DNA from: Chiloscyllium plagiosum
Lineage: Eukaryota
Direction: 5' to 3'
Assembly: GCF_004010195.1 (NCBI RefSeq)
Contig: NC_057718.1
Location: 7,481,766-7,545,765 of the forward strand
Length of the DNA: 64,000 nucleotides
The position numbers were made by a program, and so were the translations under genes. Numbering within the stretch: position 1 is the stretch's first letter; each line of letters starts with the position of its first letter. Below are positions 24,827 through 35,750 of the stretch, in pieces. The notes under the pieces are model-generated. The model had not been told where the DNA came from. It worked only from the letters and a program-made list of their open reading frames with translations, and searched no databases.

Positions 24827-26079
24827 TCTCTCTCAGAGGTTTGTGGGTCTTTAAAACTCCTTGCCACAGAGGGAAGAGTCCTTGTGTATATTTAAGGCTG
24901 AATTAGATAGATTCTTAATTAGTCGAGGAATTGAAGGTTATGGGAAAATGGCAGGAAAGTGGAACATGAGGAATATCAGATCAGCCATGATCCTATTGAG
25001 GGGATGAATGGCCTCCGCATGTTCCTATTTTTTCCGGTCTAAATGGGATTTTTAAAACAACATAGATGTGCTGTAATTTACAGGGCTAGGGACCCTAGGC
25101 TAGAAGGTGAGGTTAAGAGGCCTTGCTGTCTGGGTCAGCACAGACATTATGTTCGGAATGGTTTCTCTGCCATAAATCTCTTGATGTTTGCATTTTAATT
25201 TTCCAATGTGCTTTCACTTACCTTGGCTCCATTGGTGGAGTTATCCCCCTAAATCAAACACCTTTGGAAATGTTACCATGTTAAAGACACTATATGCATA
25301 TAATTTACTGTAAATTGATCTCTACTTTGATCTCCTCCTTTAAGATGCTCTTTAAAACCCATCTCTTTTACCGAGCTTTTGCTTATTTTACATAATGTCA
25401 TCATGTGTATCTCAGCATCATATTTTGTTTTGAGACCACTCCTGTGAAAATGCCATGGGACTCCTCATTTTGTTAAGAGCACTTTGTATATACAAATTGT
25501 CCAAGAGGTCGAGGGCAAGGGGAGAGGCAGAAAGGGGAGGAATAAAGATGCCAATTTTGGCTGAGTGGGGAATTAACAAGCATAACTCATTCAACTTAAA
25601 ATCTACAAAGGATCATTCATTCACATTAACTCCAAGAATGGTCCACAGATTGTAGATGGTGAGTGAAGTGTAAAGGACAGTGGAGAAGTAACAGGGTACA
25701 AAAACTACACACAAACTAGCAACCAAGGCCAAACTCTTACAGTTGGCTGTCCATCTCCTTCCCCAACTGTTGTCTTCTTCTTCGAAGGAGAAATTTTAAG
25801 GATCTATGACGGGTGATATCAGGGTGGTCCTAGAATTTAGTCAAAGTTCTCTTCTTGATATATTCAGCTATTTTCACTCATTAACAATACATTACACATT
25901 AATTTTATATAACATAATTATCTAGCAAATTATAATTTTATATATCATCCACATTATATATTTAGGTGTCACCCAGGTATAATATCATTCAGATAAAATA
26001 TATATTTCACTTAGGTACTATAGATATCACTTAAGTATTGGATATCACATAGTTATCATATGTGTGTGTATGGGTTACA

Positions 26080-26410
26080 AGGATGGCACAATGGCTCACA
26101 GCACCAGTGACCCGGGTTCAATTCCACCCTTGGGCGACCGTCAATGTGGAATTTGCATATTCTCCTGGTTTCCTCTGGGTGTTCTAGTTTCCTCTCACAG
26201 TCAAAAGGTTTGCAGGTTAGGTGGAATGGCCATACTAAATTGCCCTGTAGTGTGCAGGTTAGGTGGGTTAGCCATGGGAAGTTCAGGGTTACAGGGATTT
26301 GTTTTGGCTTATTGTTGTCATATGGAGTGAGTCTGGCTGGGATGCTCTTTAGAGGGTCAGTGTAGACCCGATAGTCCAAATGACCTGCTTCCACTTGGTA
26401 GGGATTCTAT
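26080..26410 (+). mobile_element. HE1-type SINE, diverged
   Basis: ggcacaatggctca..gacccgggttcaattcc head; ctgcttccac..gtagggattctatg tail. Confidence 0.82.
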
Positions 26411-26544
26411 GAATATCACCCAGCTATAATATCATCCAGATTTATATATGTGTATATCACTTAGGTATAAACACATCAGTCAGCTATTATGTATCATCCA
26501 GGAGTTAATTTATACATTTGTATGTGCAACACTGGGGTAAGTGC

Positions 26545-27160
26545 TGGTCTGGTTATACTATTACTGGACTGTTAATCCAGCGACCCAGCCAATGTTCTGG
26601 AGACCCAGGGTTGAATCCCACCATGGCAGCTGGTAGTATTTGAATTCAATAAGAATCTGGAATTAAGAGTTGAATGATGATGACCATGAATCCATTAGGC
26701 TGTTGTCAGGAAAAACCCACCTGGTTCACTAATGACCTTTAGGGAAGGCAACTGTCATCCTTACCTGGTCTGGCCTACATGTGACTCCAGACCCACAGGA
26801 ATAAGAAACAAAAAAAAAACAAAGAACTGTGGAAGCTGTGATTCAGAAACAAGAACAGAAATTGCTGGAAAGACTCAGCAGATCTGGCAGCATCTGAGGA
26901 GAGAAATCAGAATTAATGCTTCAGGTTGAGTGACCCTTTTGCTGTGGGTCCGGGGCCATATGCAGTTCAGACCCTTCCAGAATCACTGGACCCAAAACAT
27001 TAACTCTGATTTCTCTCCACAGATGCTACCAGACCTGCTGAGTTTTTGCAACAATTTCTGTTTTTGCTTTCCACAGCAATATCATTGACTCTTAACTGCC
27101 TCTGGGATGGAAAATAAATGATGGCCTGGCTATTGACATCCTCATCCTGTGAATGAATAA
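26545..27160 (+). mobile_element. tRNA-headed SINE with L2-like 3' tail, interrupted at 26799-27070
   Basis: gggttgaatccc B box; 3' end gggatggaaaataaatg..catcctgtgaatgaat resembles the L2-like LINE end at 9085-9125. Confidence 0.8.
26799..27070. mobile_element. Penelope-derived fold-back insert, family C
   Basis: agaaattgctggaaagactcagcagatctggcagcatctg..gagaaatcag is inverted against ctgatttctctccacagatgctaccagacctgctgagt..aatttct; 6-bp direct repeat ccacag at 26793-26798 and 27071-27076. Confidence 0.8.
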
Positions 27161-27289
27161 ACAAAATCACTCAAGTAAAAAAAGTTCATTTTTGTATACA
27201 AATATCTAACATCCAGATATTTAATGTAAATCTCTTGCTCAATAATCAAATATATTGCGCACAGGTGTGAAATATATATCATTCATTTC

Positions 27290-27600
27290 ATAGAGTCATA
27301 GAATCATACAGCACAGAAACAGAACCTTCAGTCCAACCAGTCGATGTTGAACATAATCCCAAACAAAACTAGTCCCACCTGCCTGCTCCTGGCCCATATC
27401 CCTCCAAACCTTTCCTATTTTCATGTACCTATCCAAATGTACCCACATTCAGCAGTGCCTCAGGAAGTCCACATGCGAACCAATCTCTGTGTAAAAAATG
27501 TGCCCCCATGTCTTTTTTAAATCTTGCTCCTCTCACCTTAAAAACGTGCCCCCTATTCTTGGAATTCCCCACCCTCGGGAAAAGACATCTACCATTACCT
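27290..27600 (-). mobile_element. CR1 LINE 3' end
   Basis: catagagtcatagaatcatacagcacagaaacaga tail; ctagtcccacctgcctgctcctggcccatatccctccaaacc. Confidence 0.85.
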
Positions 27601-28440
27601 CCAACTGTTTGACATCACCCATTATAAGTCATACAGGAACTCGATATAATCATCTAAATATAATATTGTTGATATGAAAATGTATGTCAACCAAATATTA
27701 TAAATACAAATAGAGCATATACATATATTTGATCCCTCTGATGCAAGTTTTATACTGGAGATCTTGGAGAAGATTAGTAGCTCAGGTTGTGGATCAGGTT
27801 GTCAGTTTTGCTCACGGAGCTGGTGGGTTTGTTTTCAGACGTTTCGTCACCACGCTAGGTAACATCATCGGTGAGCCTCTGGTGAAGCTTTGGTATTCTG
27901 TCCCGCTTGCTATTTGTGTGTCTAAAACAGGAAGACACAACATGCCTAGAGACTCTAGTCACCCTACCATACATCAAAGACATTTCAGAGATGACGACCA
28001 GAACCTCCAGCCCCTGGGCATCATGGTAGCTCACAAACCTACCATCACACTGAAACAGCTCCTGATGAATTTAAAGGACCCTGTACCCACAGCCAGCAGA
28101 ACAAACGTCATAAACAAAATACCCTCAAAGGACTGCAACAACCATTACATTGGACAAACTAGCAGGAAACTAGCCATCAGGATATATGAGCACCAACTAG
28201 CCACCAAAAGACTCTCACTGGTATCCATACACACAGAAAAGAGGGACACCAGTTCGACTGGGACAATACACCCACACTGGGACAGGCTAAACAAAGACAT
28301 GCACGGGAATTCCTCAAGGCCTGGCATTCAAACTGGAACTCTATTAACAAGCATATAGATTGGGATCCCATTTACCAACCCCTCAGAATCAGAATCGGAA
28401 ATGATATCTCCCACCACAACAGACCAAGACACATAAGTAG

Positions 28441-29045
28441 TAGTTGCTCCTGATGTAGTCTCCTCTACACTGGGGAGACTGGACGCTTCCTAGCAGAGCG
28501 CTTTAGGGAACATCTCCGGGATACCCGCACCAATCAACCCCACTGCCCTGTGGCCCAACATTTCAACTCCCCCTCCCACTCTGCCAAGGACATGGAGGTC
28601 CTGGGCCTCCTTCACTGCTGCTCCCTCATTACCCGACGCCTGTAGGAAGAACGCCTCATCTTCCGCCAAGGAACACTTCAACCCCAGGGCATCTATGTGG
28701 ACTTCAACAGTTTCCTTATTTCCCCTTCCCCCACTTCACCCCAGTTCCAAACTTCAAACTCAACACTGTCCCCATGACCTGTCCTACCTGCCTATCTTCC
28801 TTTCCACTTATCCACTCTACCCTCCTCCCTGACCTATCACCTTCATTTCCTCCCCCATTCACCAATTGTACTCTATGCTACTTTCTCCCCACCCCCACCC
28901 TCCACCCACTTCAGGCTCGCCGAAGGGCTTTTGCCTGAAACGTCGATTTTACTGCTCCTCGGATGCTGCCTGAACTGCTGTGCTCTTCCAACAGCACTAA
29001 TCCAGAATCTGGTTTCCAGCATCTGCAGTCATTGTTTTTACCTAC
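28441..29045 (+). mobile_element. Second Penelope-like element (Neptune-like) GIY-YIG C-terminus plus family A terminal repeat, nested in the first
   Basis: LLYTGETGRFLAERFREHL..PVAQHFNSPSHS..EERLIFRQGTLQPQGIYVDF with stops; 11-bp TSD cacataa(g/a)tag at 28430-28440 and 29046-29056. Confidence 0.87.
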
Positions 29046-29106
29046 CACATAAATAGCAAGCAAGACAGAACACCAACGCTTCAGCAGAGACTCACTGATG
29101 ATGTTA

Positions 29107-29309
29107 GGAGAAGGTGAGGACTGAAGATGCTGGAGGTCAGATCGAAAGTGTGGTGCTGGAAAAGGACAGGCAGCATCCGAGGAGCAGGAGAGTCAATGTT
29201 TTGGAGTGAGTCGGATTCCTGATGAAGGGCTTTTGCCTGAAATGTCAACTCTCCTGCTCCTCGGATGTTGCCTGACCTGCTGTGCTTTTCCAGCACCACA
29301 CTCTCATCT
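29107..29309. mobile_element. Penelope-derived fold-back insert, family A
   Basis: 12-bp TSD ctgatgatgtta at 29095-29106 and 29310-29321; ctgatgaagggcttttgcctgaaatgtc at 29219-29246. Confidence 0.9.
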
Positions 29310-29649
29310 CTGATGATGTTACCTAGCATGGTGACAAAATCTCTGCAAACCAACCCACCAGCTCAGTGAGCAAACTTTCCACAAGATTTTATGTATATAT
29401 AAAATATATTTTACTTGGATATAAAATTACAACATTCTGATATTTTACATAATCCAGGAATTATGTATATATCACCCACGTACAAAATCTCTTAGGTATA
29501 AAATACATGTTAATCAGGTACAAATTATATCCCTCAGGAATTGGGTATATTATCCAGATATAATGAAACATAAAATCATCTAGGTGTACATTTGCAGAAT
29601 TGCTAATGGCTCAGTTAATTTATTTGGACAAATAAACAGATCCTCCACC

Positions 29650-31427
29650 CTAAATTTAGGTCTTAATGTCACATACAGGAACACAGTGAGAGGTGTACGG
29701 GAGTGACCAGGCGGTGGATTTGCTCGGCTGGGGAGGGCAGTGTGCAGATACCAGCAGCCAAGGGGTTAACAGCAAGCTGTGTTGCTCCTCTGTCGATGAC
29801 GGAATTCCTGCCACAGTGACTTTCAACTCTGGCTCAGGGGAACCAGTGAAGGTCGAATGTGTGTGTATGATTTTGCAAAGAGGTAACCCTGAAGGTATTT
29901 CCACACATTCGAATAACCCTGTTCCCTCCCAGCTCAGAGCAATCAGATAAGGGAGGGGGGGGGAATGCATTTGTTGCAACCACTACGGACAGCGCAATTC
30001 TTTTCTCTGTTTTAAATTATGAAATAGGCTTTGATCTGGTAGAGATTGCACTGCGTTTGAAATATGACCCCTCTGACGAAGGGCGACTGGAAGTGGCTTT
30101 CTGGCGGGGGGGGGGGGAATCCAACAACGTCACTGCACAAAGTCTGCAAGATTTTTTAAGGCGAAAAAAACAATTGCTATTCTGGGAATCGGTGCCAGGA
30201 ATAACCCCGTCAGCCGACACACACACACACACACATACATACACACACTACAGCGTCAAAGGCAGAGAAAGGAACAACTCCAGAAAGGCAAATTCGAGGC
30301 AAGAAGCACGGATTCCACCGACAGGGGAAGTGAACGGTAGAGACAGGACCATTTACAAACACAACAGAGTGCATCTGAAGAGGAGCCCAACAGTGAGAGC
30401 ATTAAACTCACTCTCTAACTCTCTCTTTTATGTGTATTTTTAGGAGGAGTTGGGCGATTTGTTAATTTTCCACAATTTTCTGTTGGGGTCAGTCACCCCC
30501 TCCCAAAGAGAGGAAAAAAAAACCCTCTCATCTCAAAGCGATTTGCTTTTCTCGCGACGAGATTCCTTCCTTTTGAAGCAATTGTTTGTTTGTTGGGGGT
30601 GAGTGCACGGGAGGTTTTGACTAACCGGGGGAGGGGGTGTTTCTGGGTGGGAGCTGAGTGCACGTTTGGGAGAGTTTGTAAATCTGCTCCAGCTCTTGGT
30701 CTGCATCAGTCCCAGGAAAGGGTCCTGACTTCTCAGGGACACACACTGGAGTTGGAGTTGGAGTTGGGTCCCTGGGGCTGCTGATTGTGGCAGAGTGGTG
30801 GGGGGTCCGGGAGGAGGGAGGGGAGACAGACAGACAGACAGACAGACAGAGGTGGGGGGGGGGGAAGGATCCATAGCCCCATGGACATTTCCACAGCACA
30901 GTTGCCTGTGGGTTGGGTTTGGAGACCTGTCACCTCCTGGAGCTGCGGGGTCTCTGTGTAAGCACAGCAGAGAGGGGAGGCTGTGGTCTCTCTCCCTAAT
31001 GAGGGACGCGGTCACTCCTGGTCCTTGCCCCCCAACCCTGACCCTGACCCTGGGCCATACTCCGTTGTTTTCACTCCTGGTCCTCCTCCTGCTCTGGGTC
31101 CCGGTCTTATTCCGGGTGCTGGATAATCTCCTCGTCCTGGTTTCACTCCAGCTCCTTCCATTGCTTGTTCCTCGGTGCACTCCGGCTCCCGGTCTGAGTC
31201 CGGGTTGTGAGCCGCCTGGGAGCGGGTGCTGGCCGGGCTCCCAGTTGGACCGAGGCTCCCTCTCCCCCGGGTTGTTGGCCGGGATCCCGGTGTTTCGGAA
31301 AAGCTTGGAACTAGAATCTGGAAACGTTCCGGGAATGTTCCATGACGTGTCCAGGAAAGGGGCTGGAGTGACAGCAGGGGAAAAACCAGTTAGCGAAGCA
31401 GGGACTCTCTCGTGTGTGTGTGTGTAG
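29650..31427 (+). promoter_or_regulatory. CpG-rich, transposon-free island: probable promoter and first exon of an unidentified gene
   Basis: Visible CpG/GC enrichment (especially 31000-31400) against a CpG-poor background; G tracts, (CA)n and (GACA)n; ends at AG|GTAACT donor (GT at 31428-31429). Confidence 0.62.
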
Positions 31428-32550
31428 GTAACTGAGGAGTGTGTGTTTGTGTCTGTATATGTGTGCGAGTATATGTGCGTGTCAATGTGTTGGAGTGTGG
31501 GTGTGAGTATATGTGTGTGTNNNNNNNNNNNNNNNNNNNNNNNNNNNNNNNNNNNNNNNNNNNNNNNNNNNNNNNNNNNNNNNNNNNNNNNNNNNNNNNN
31601 NNNNNNNNNNNNNNNNNNNNNNNNNNNNNNNNNNNNNNNNNNNNNNNNNNNNNNNNNNNNNNNNNNNNNNNNNNNNNNNNNNNNNNNNNNNNNNNNNNNN
31701 NNNNNNNNNNNNNNNNNNNNNNNNNNNNNNNNNNNNNNNNNNNNNNNNNNNNNNNNNNNNNNNNNNNNNNNNNNNNNNNNNNNNNNNNNNNNNNNNNNNN
31801 NNNNNNNNNNNNNNNNNNNNNNNNNNNNNNNNNNNNNNNNNNNNNNNNNNNNNNNNNNNNNNNNNNNNNNNNNNNNNNNNNNNNNNNNNNNNNNNNNNNN
31901 NNNNNNNNNNNNNNNNNNNNNNNNNNNNNNNNNNNNNNNNNNNNNNNNNNNNNNNNNNNNNNNNNNNNNNNNNNNNNNNNNNNNNNNNNNNNNNNNNNNN
32001 NNNNNNNNNNNNNNNNNNNNNNNNNNNNNNNNNNNNNNNNNNNNNNNNNNNNNNNNNNNNNNNNNNNNNNNNNNNNNNNNNNNNNNNNNNNNNNNNNNNN
32101 NNNNNNNNNNNNNNNNNNNNNNNNNNNNNNNNNNNNNNNNNNNNNNNNNNNNNNNNNNNNNNNNNNNNNNNNNNNNNNNNNNNNNNNNNNNNNNNNNNNN
32201 NNNNNNNNNNNNNNNNNNNNNNNNNNNNNNNNNNNNNNNNNNNNNNNNNNNNNNNNNNNNNNNNNNNNNNNNNNTGTGTGTGTGAGATGTGAGTGCGTGT
32301 GTAAGATGTGAGTGCGTGTCTGTGTGAGAGATGTGCATGCGTGTCTGTGTGTGAGATGTGAGTGCGTGTGTGCATGTCTGTGTGTGAGATGTGAGTCTGT
32401 GTCTATGTGAGTCTGTGTCTATGTGAGTCTGTGTCTATGTGAGTCTGTGTCTATGTGAGTCTGTGTCTATGTGTGAGTCTGTGTCTATGTGAGTGTGTCC
32501 ATGTGTGTGTCTGTGTGAGTGAGTCTGTGTGTGTGTGTGTGTGTGTGTAT
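31410..32550. repeat. Compound (GT)n-rich simple repeat with a 16-bp unit array (gtgagtctgtgtctat, about 32391-32490); includes assembly gap 31521-32274
   Basis: Direct reading of the sequence. Confidence 0.92.
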
Positions 32551-33599
32551 TGGATGAGCCTGGCACCTACAACCCTCAGGAAAACTCCACAAGCAACATG
32601 TTTGTCAATTACAGTGGAACTGCCAAAGGAGGAAAGGTCAAGAGTGGCCTCTTTCCCACCCCAGCCTCAGCAGGGAAATGCTTAAACTCAGGATAGAGGG
32701 GACACTGGATGGTTTCTTGGGATTAGACCAAGTTTATTTCTCACCCTCCCACAAATTGTTGCGTAAATAAAAAAAATGACTGAAGGGCTTTCATTGAACT
32801 CAGAGGACTTCATCACAGGGATTTCTCCAGGGTTAAAGAGGTCAACTAGGGAGTTAGGTGGTTCCCTGTCAATGAAAACGATAATTTATTTTTATATATG
32901 AGATAAGCTCGGAGTCTCTATGACTCTAAGTCTATGACTGGTTCAATATTTGGGTATTTATGGGTGCAATTTGTGCTGTTGTGTAAACTCATGTCGCAAA
33001 GAGAAATCTTTTGAGCTTGCTGTTAATTTTCTCGAAAGCACAGACAGCGCACACTTCCCGGAGTACCCAAAGACAACTTCACTGTTAAGACTGGACACGT
33101 TTTATTTATAGAATGCATTCATATTTACGTATGTAGCATGTTGGCTACATATGGCCACCAGTATTTCTCACCACATCCTGAAATCTCTTGGCTGATCTTC
33201 AGATTGGCAGGCCTGACTAACCTTTCATAGGAAGGAAATCACCCCCCCACCCCCATGACATTCAGAATGTATTTCGGATTTTCTTTTTCTTATACCAATG
33301 CTATTTTTGCACCAGACAAAAAGAGCTCCCTCCCATCGTACTTTTTATTTTATCATTGTGTATCCCCGTCTACAGTTTGAGGTTATCCAAGGTTAGAATG
33401 AGCTGGACTGGTGATTACCACGGCCACCAATTCACAATGACTAACTGAGTTCAGGTCAGTGTCTGTTTATATTACATGAGGCTAGTTTTTATTTCTGGTC
33501 TTTGGGATCATATTCTGTAAATTGTAATTTTCTCAAAAAAAAAGGATATCAGATTTAAAAAAAAGATGTTCTTGTCAAAACCTCCCTTACCTCCTGGAG

Positions 33600-34230
33600 T
33601 TATGTAGTAGGAGCATTAGCAGACCATTTCAGTCTCTCAAGCCATTCGATAAGGTCATGGCCAATCTGCCCCAGGCCTCAACTCCTTTTTCACACCAGCT
33701 CCTCATAACGCCTCGATTTTTCAAAAATCTACCTCCACTTTAAATACTTCAGTCATCTAACCTCAGCAACTGTCTGGGGTAGAGAATTCCTGACATTCAT
33801 TACCCCTCAGGAGAATAAAATCCGTCACCTCAAGTTTAAGTGAGTGTCCCCTCACTCTGTAACCAATTTCCGTAGTTTGAGACTCCCCCACGAGGGGAAA
33901 CAGCTTTTCGACATCTGCCCTGTCAAACCCCATTGGCATCCTGTACATTTCAAGAACATCACCCTTCATTCTTCTATCCTCTAACCAGTAACGGTCTAAC
34001 CTGTTCAGTCTTTCTTAACACGTTAACCCTCTTCATCCCAGGAATTAACCAGTGATCCTCTTTTTGAAAAGCCTCCAATGCCAGTATATTCTTCAAAAAA
34101 CAATAGCAAAAGGTGTTCACTGTAGACCAAGTATGGCCTCACAAACACCCTGTACAGTTCTTACAAGACTTAGACACCATCGATGTTAGTCTTCCCTTTA
34201 AATAATTCCAACATTGAATTAACCATTTTT
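33600..34230 (-). mobile_element. Old CR1 3' portion
   Basis: ORF 33763..33969(-) KGDVLEMYR..GFDRADVEKLFPLVGESQT. Confidence 0.75.
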
Positions 34231-34344
34231 TCAATTGCCTTCCAGTGGAAAAGTCTGTGGAGAATTGGGCTTCTAATCAATATTGCTACTACAATGTCAT
34301 GATATGTCACTCTTGCCTCATGTTCACTCCAGTCACCCCTTCAT

Positions 34345-34680
34345 TGGCGGCACAGTGGCTCAGTGGATAACACTGCTGCCCTGCAGTGCTAGGGACCCAG
34401 GTTCGATTCCAGCACTGAGCGACCTGTCTGGTTTTTGTGTGTTCTCTTTGTGTGGGTTTCCTCCTACAGTCCAAAGATCTGCAGGTTAGGTGGATTGGCC
34501 ATGCTAAATTGTCCATAGTGTCCAGGGATGGGTGGGCTAGGCTGGTTAGCCATGGGCAATGCCGGGTTATAGGGATATGGTAGGGGAGGTGGGTCTGAGT
34601 GGGATGCTGTTTGGAGGGTCAGTGTGGGCTTGATGGTCCAAATGGCTTGCTTCCACACTGTAGGGGTTCTGTGATTCTAA
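34345..34680 (+). mobile_element. HE1-type SINE
   Basis: ggcggcacagtggctcagtgg..gggacccaggttcgattcc; ttggccatgctaaattg core. Confidence 0.88.
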
Positions 34681-34739
34681 TCATCTGTGAAGCAGGTTGG
34701 GACAAGCTTGGATCATGAGAGGCACTATACAGATGCAAA

Positions 34740-35750
34740 GCCCCGTGGGAGACTGATTAGCAAGGTTAGACCTCACAGAATACAGGGAGAACTAGCCATT
34801 TGGATACAGAACTGGCTCAAAGGTAGAAGACAGAGGGTGGTGGTGGAGGGTTGTTTTTCAGACTGGAGGCCTGTGACCAGTGGAGTGCCGCAAGGATTGG
34901 TGCTGGGTCCTCTACTTTTTGTCATTTACAAAAATGATTTGGATGTGAGCATAAGAGGTACAGTTTGCAGATGACACCAAAATTGGAGGTGTAGTGGACA
35001 GTGAAGAGGGTTATCTCAGATTACAACAGGATCTTGATCAGATGGGCCAATGGGCTGAGAAGTGGCAGATGGAGTTGAAATTCAGACAAATGCGAGATGT
35101 TGCATTTTGGGAAAGCAAATCTTAGCAGGACTTATATATTTAATGGTAAGGTCCGAGGGAGTGTTGCTGAACAAAGAGACCTTGGAGTGCAGGTTCATAG
35201 CTCCTTGAAAGTGGNNNNNNNNNNNNNNNNNNNNNNNNNNNNNNNNNNNNNNNNNNNNNNNNNNNNNNNNNNNNNNNGGGTTCAGAAAAGATTTACAAGG
35301 ATGTTGCCAGGGTTGGAGGATCTGAGCTACAGGGAGAGGCCTAACAGGCTGGGGTTGTTTTCCCTGGAGTGTCGGAGGCTGAGGTTTACAAAATTATGAG
35401 GGGCATGGACAGGGTAAACAGACAACGTCTTTTCTCTGGGATCGGGGAATCGAGAACTAGAGGGTATTGGTTTAGGGTGAGAGGGGAAAGGTATAAAAGA
35501 GACCTAAGGGGCAAATTGTTCGTGCAGAGGGTGGTATGTGTATGGAATGAGCTGCCAGAGGAGGTGATGGAGGCTGGTACAACTGCACCATTTAAAAGGC
35601 ATTTGGATGGGTATATGAATAGGAAGGGTTTGGAGGGATATGGACTGGGTGCTGGCAGGTGGGACTAGATTGGGTTGGGATATCTGCTCGGCGTGGACAA
35701 GTTGGACCAAAGGGTCTGTTTCCATGCTGTATATCTCTATGACTCTATGA
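34740..35750 (+). mobile_element. CR1/HER1-type LINE, 5'-truncated, with assembly gap 35215-35277
   Basis: [32 protein letters not shown]-terminal ORF 35369..35668; tail ctctatgactctatga. Confidence 0.94.

Larger units (their letters stand above)
21140..25040 (+). mobile_element. Old CR1 ORF2 remnant fragmented by three younger insertions
   Basis: Degenerate RT motifs (VYLDFQK, VTSGVPKGSVLRPQLF, FADE) at 21140-21690, continuing at 22345-23060 and 24826-25040. Confidence 0.75.
27760..29383 (+). mobile_element. Penelope-like element (Poseidon-like) GIY-YIG endonuclease remnant with inverted terminal copy (family D)
   Basis: Frameshifted TLPYIKDISE..NVINKIPSKDCNNHYIGQTSRKLAIRIYEH..GHQFDWDN..REFLKAWHS..SINKHID at 27950-28390; 27808-27921 is the reverse complement of 29046-29375 once the insert is removed. 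Confidence 0.88.
25880..29600. repeat. Degenerate AT-rich minisatellite-like tract (core ATATCAYYYAGGTAT) broken up by transposons
   Basis: Recurrent gtcacccaggtataa, atatcacttaggtat, atatcatccagat, atatcacccagctat at 25880-26075, 26410-26520, 27170-27290, 27600-27730 and 29390-29600. Confidence 0.6.

Noticed and set aside
30072..30095. ctgacgaagggcgactggaag as a hammerhead in the promoter
   Set aside because: CUGACGA is present but no helix II partner or GAAA..UH follows.
30533..32375. Long ORFs of 259-601 aa (also 10616..11249)
   Set aside because: Artefacts of N runs and (GT)n repeats; no recognisable protein.
32391..32490. Regularly repeated 16-bp unit as a CRISPR-like array
   Set aside because: Head-to-tail minisatellite without spacers, in eukaryotic DNA.
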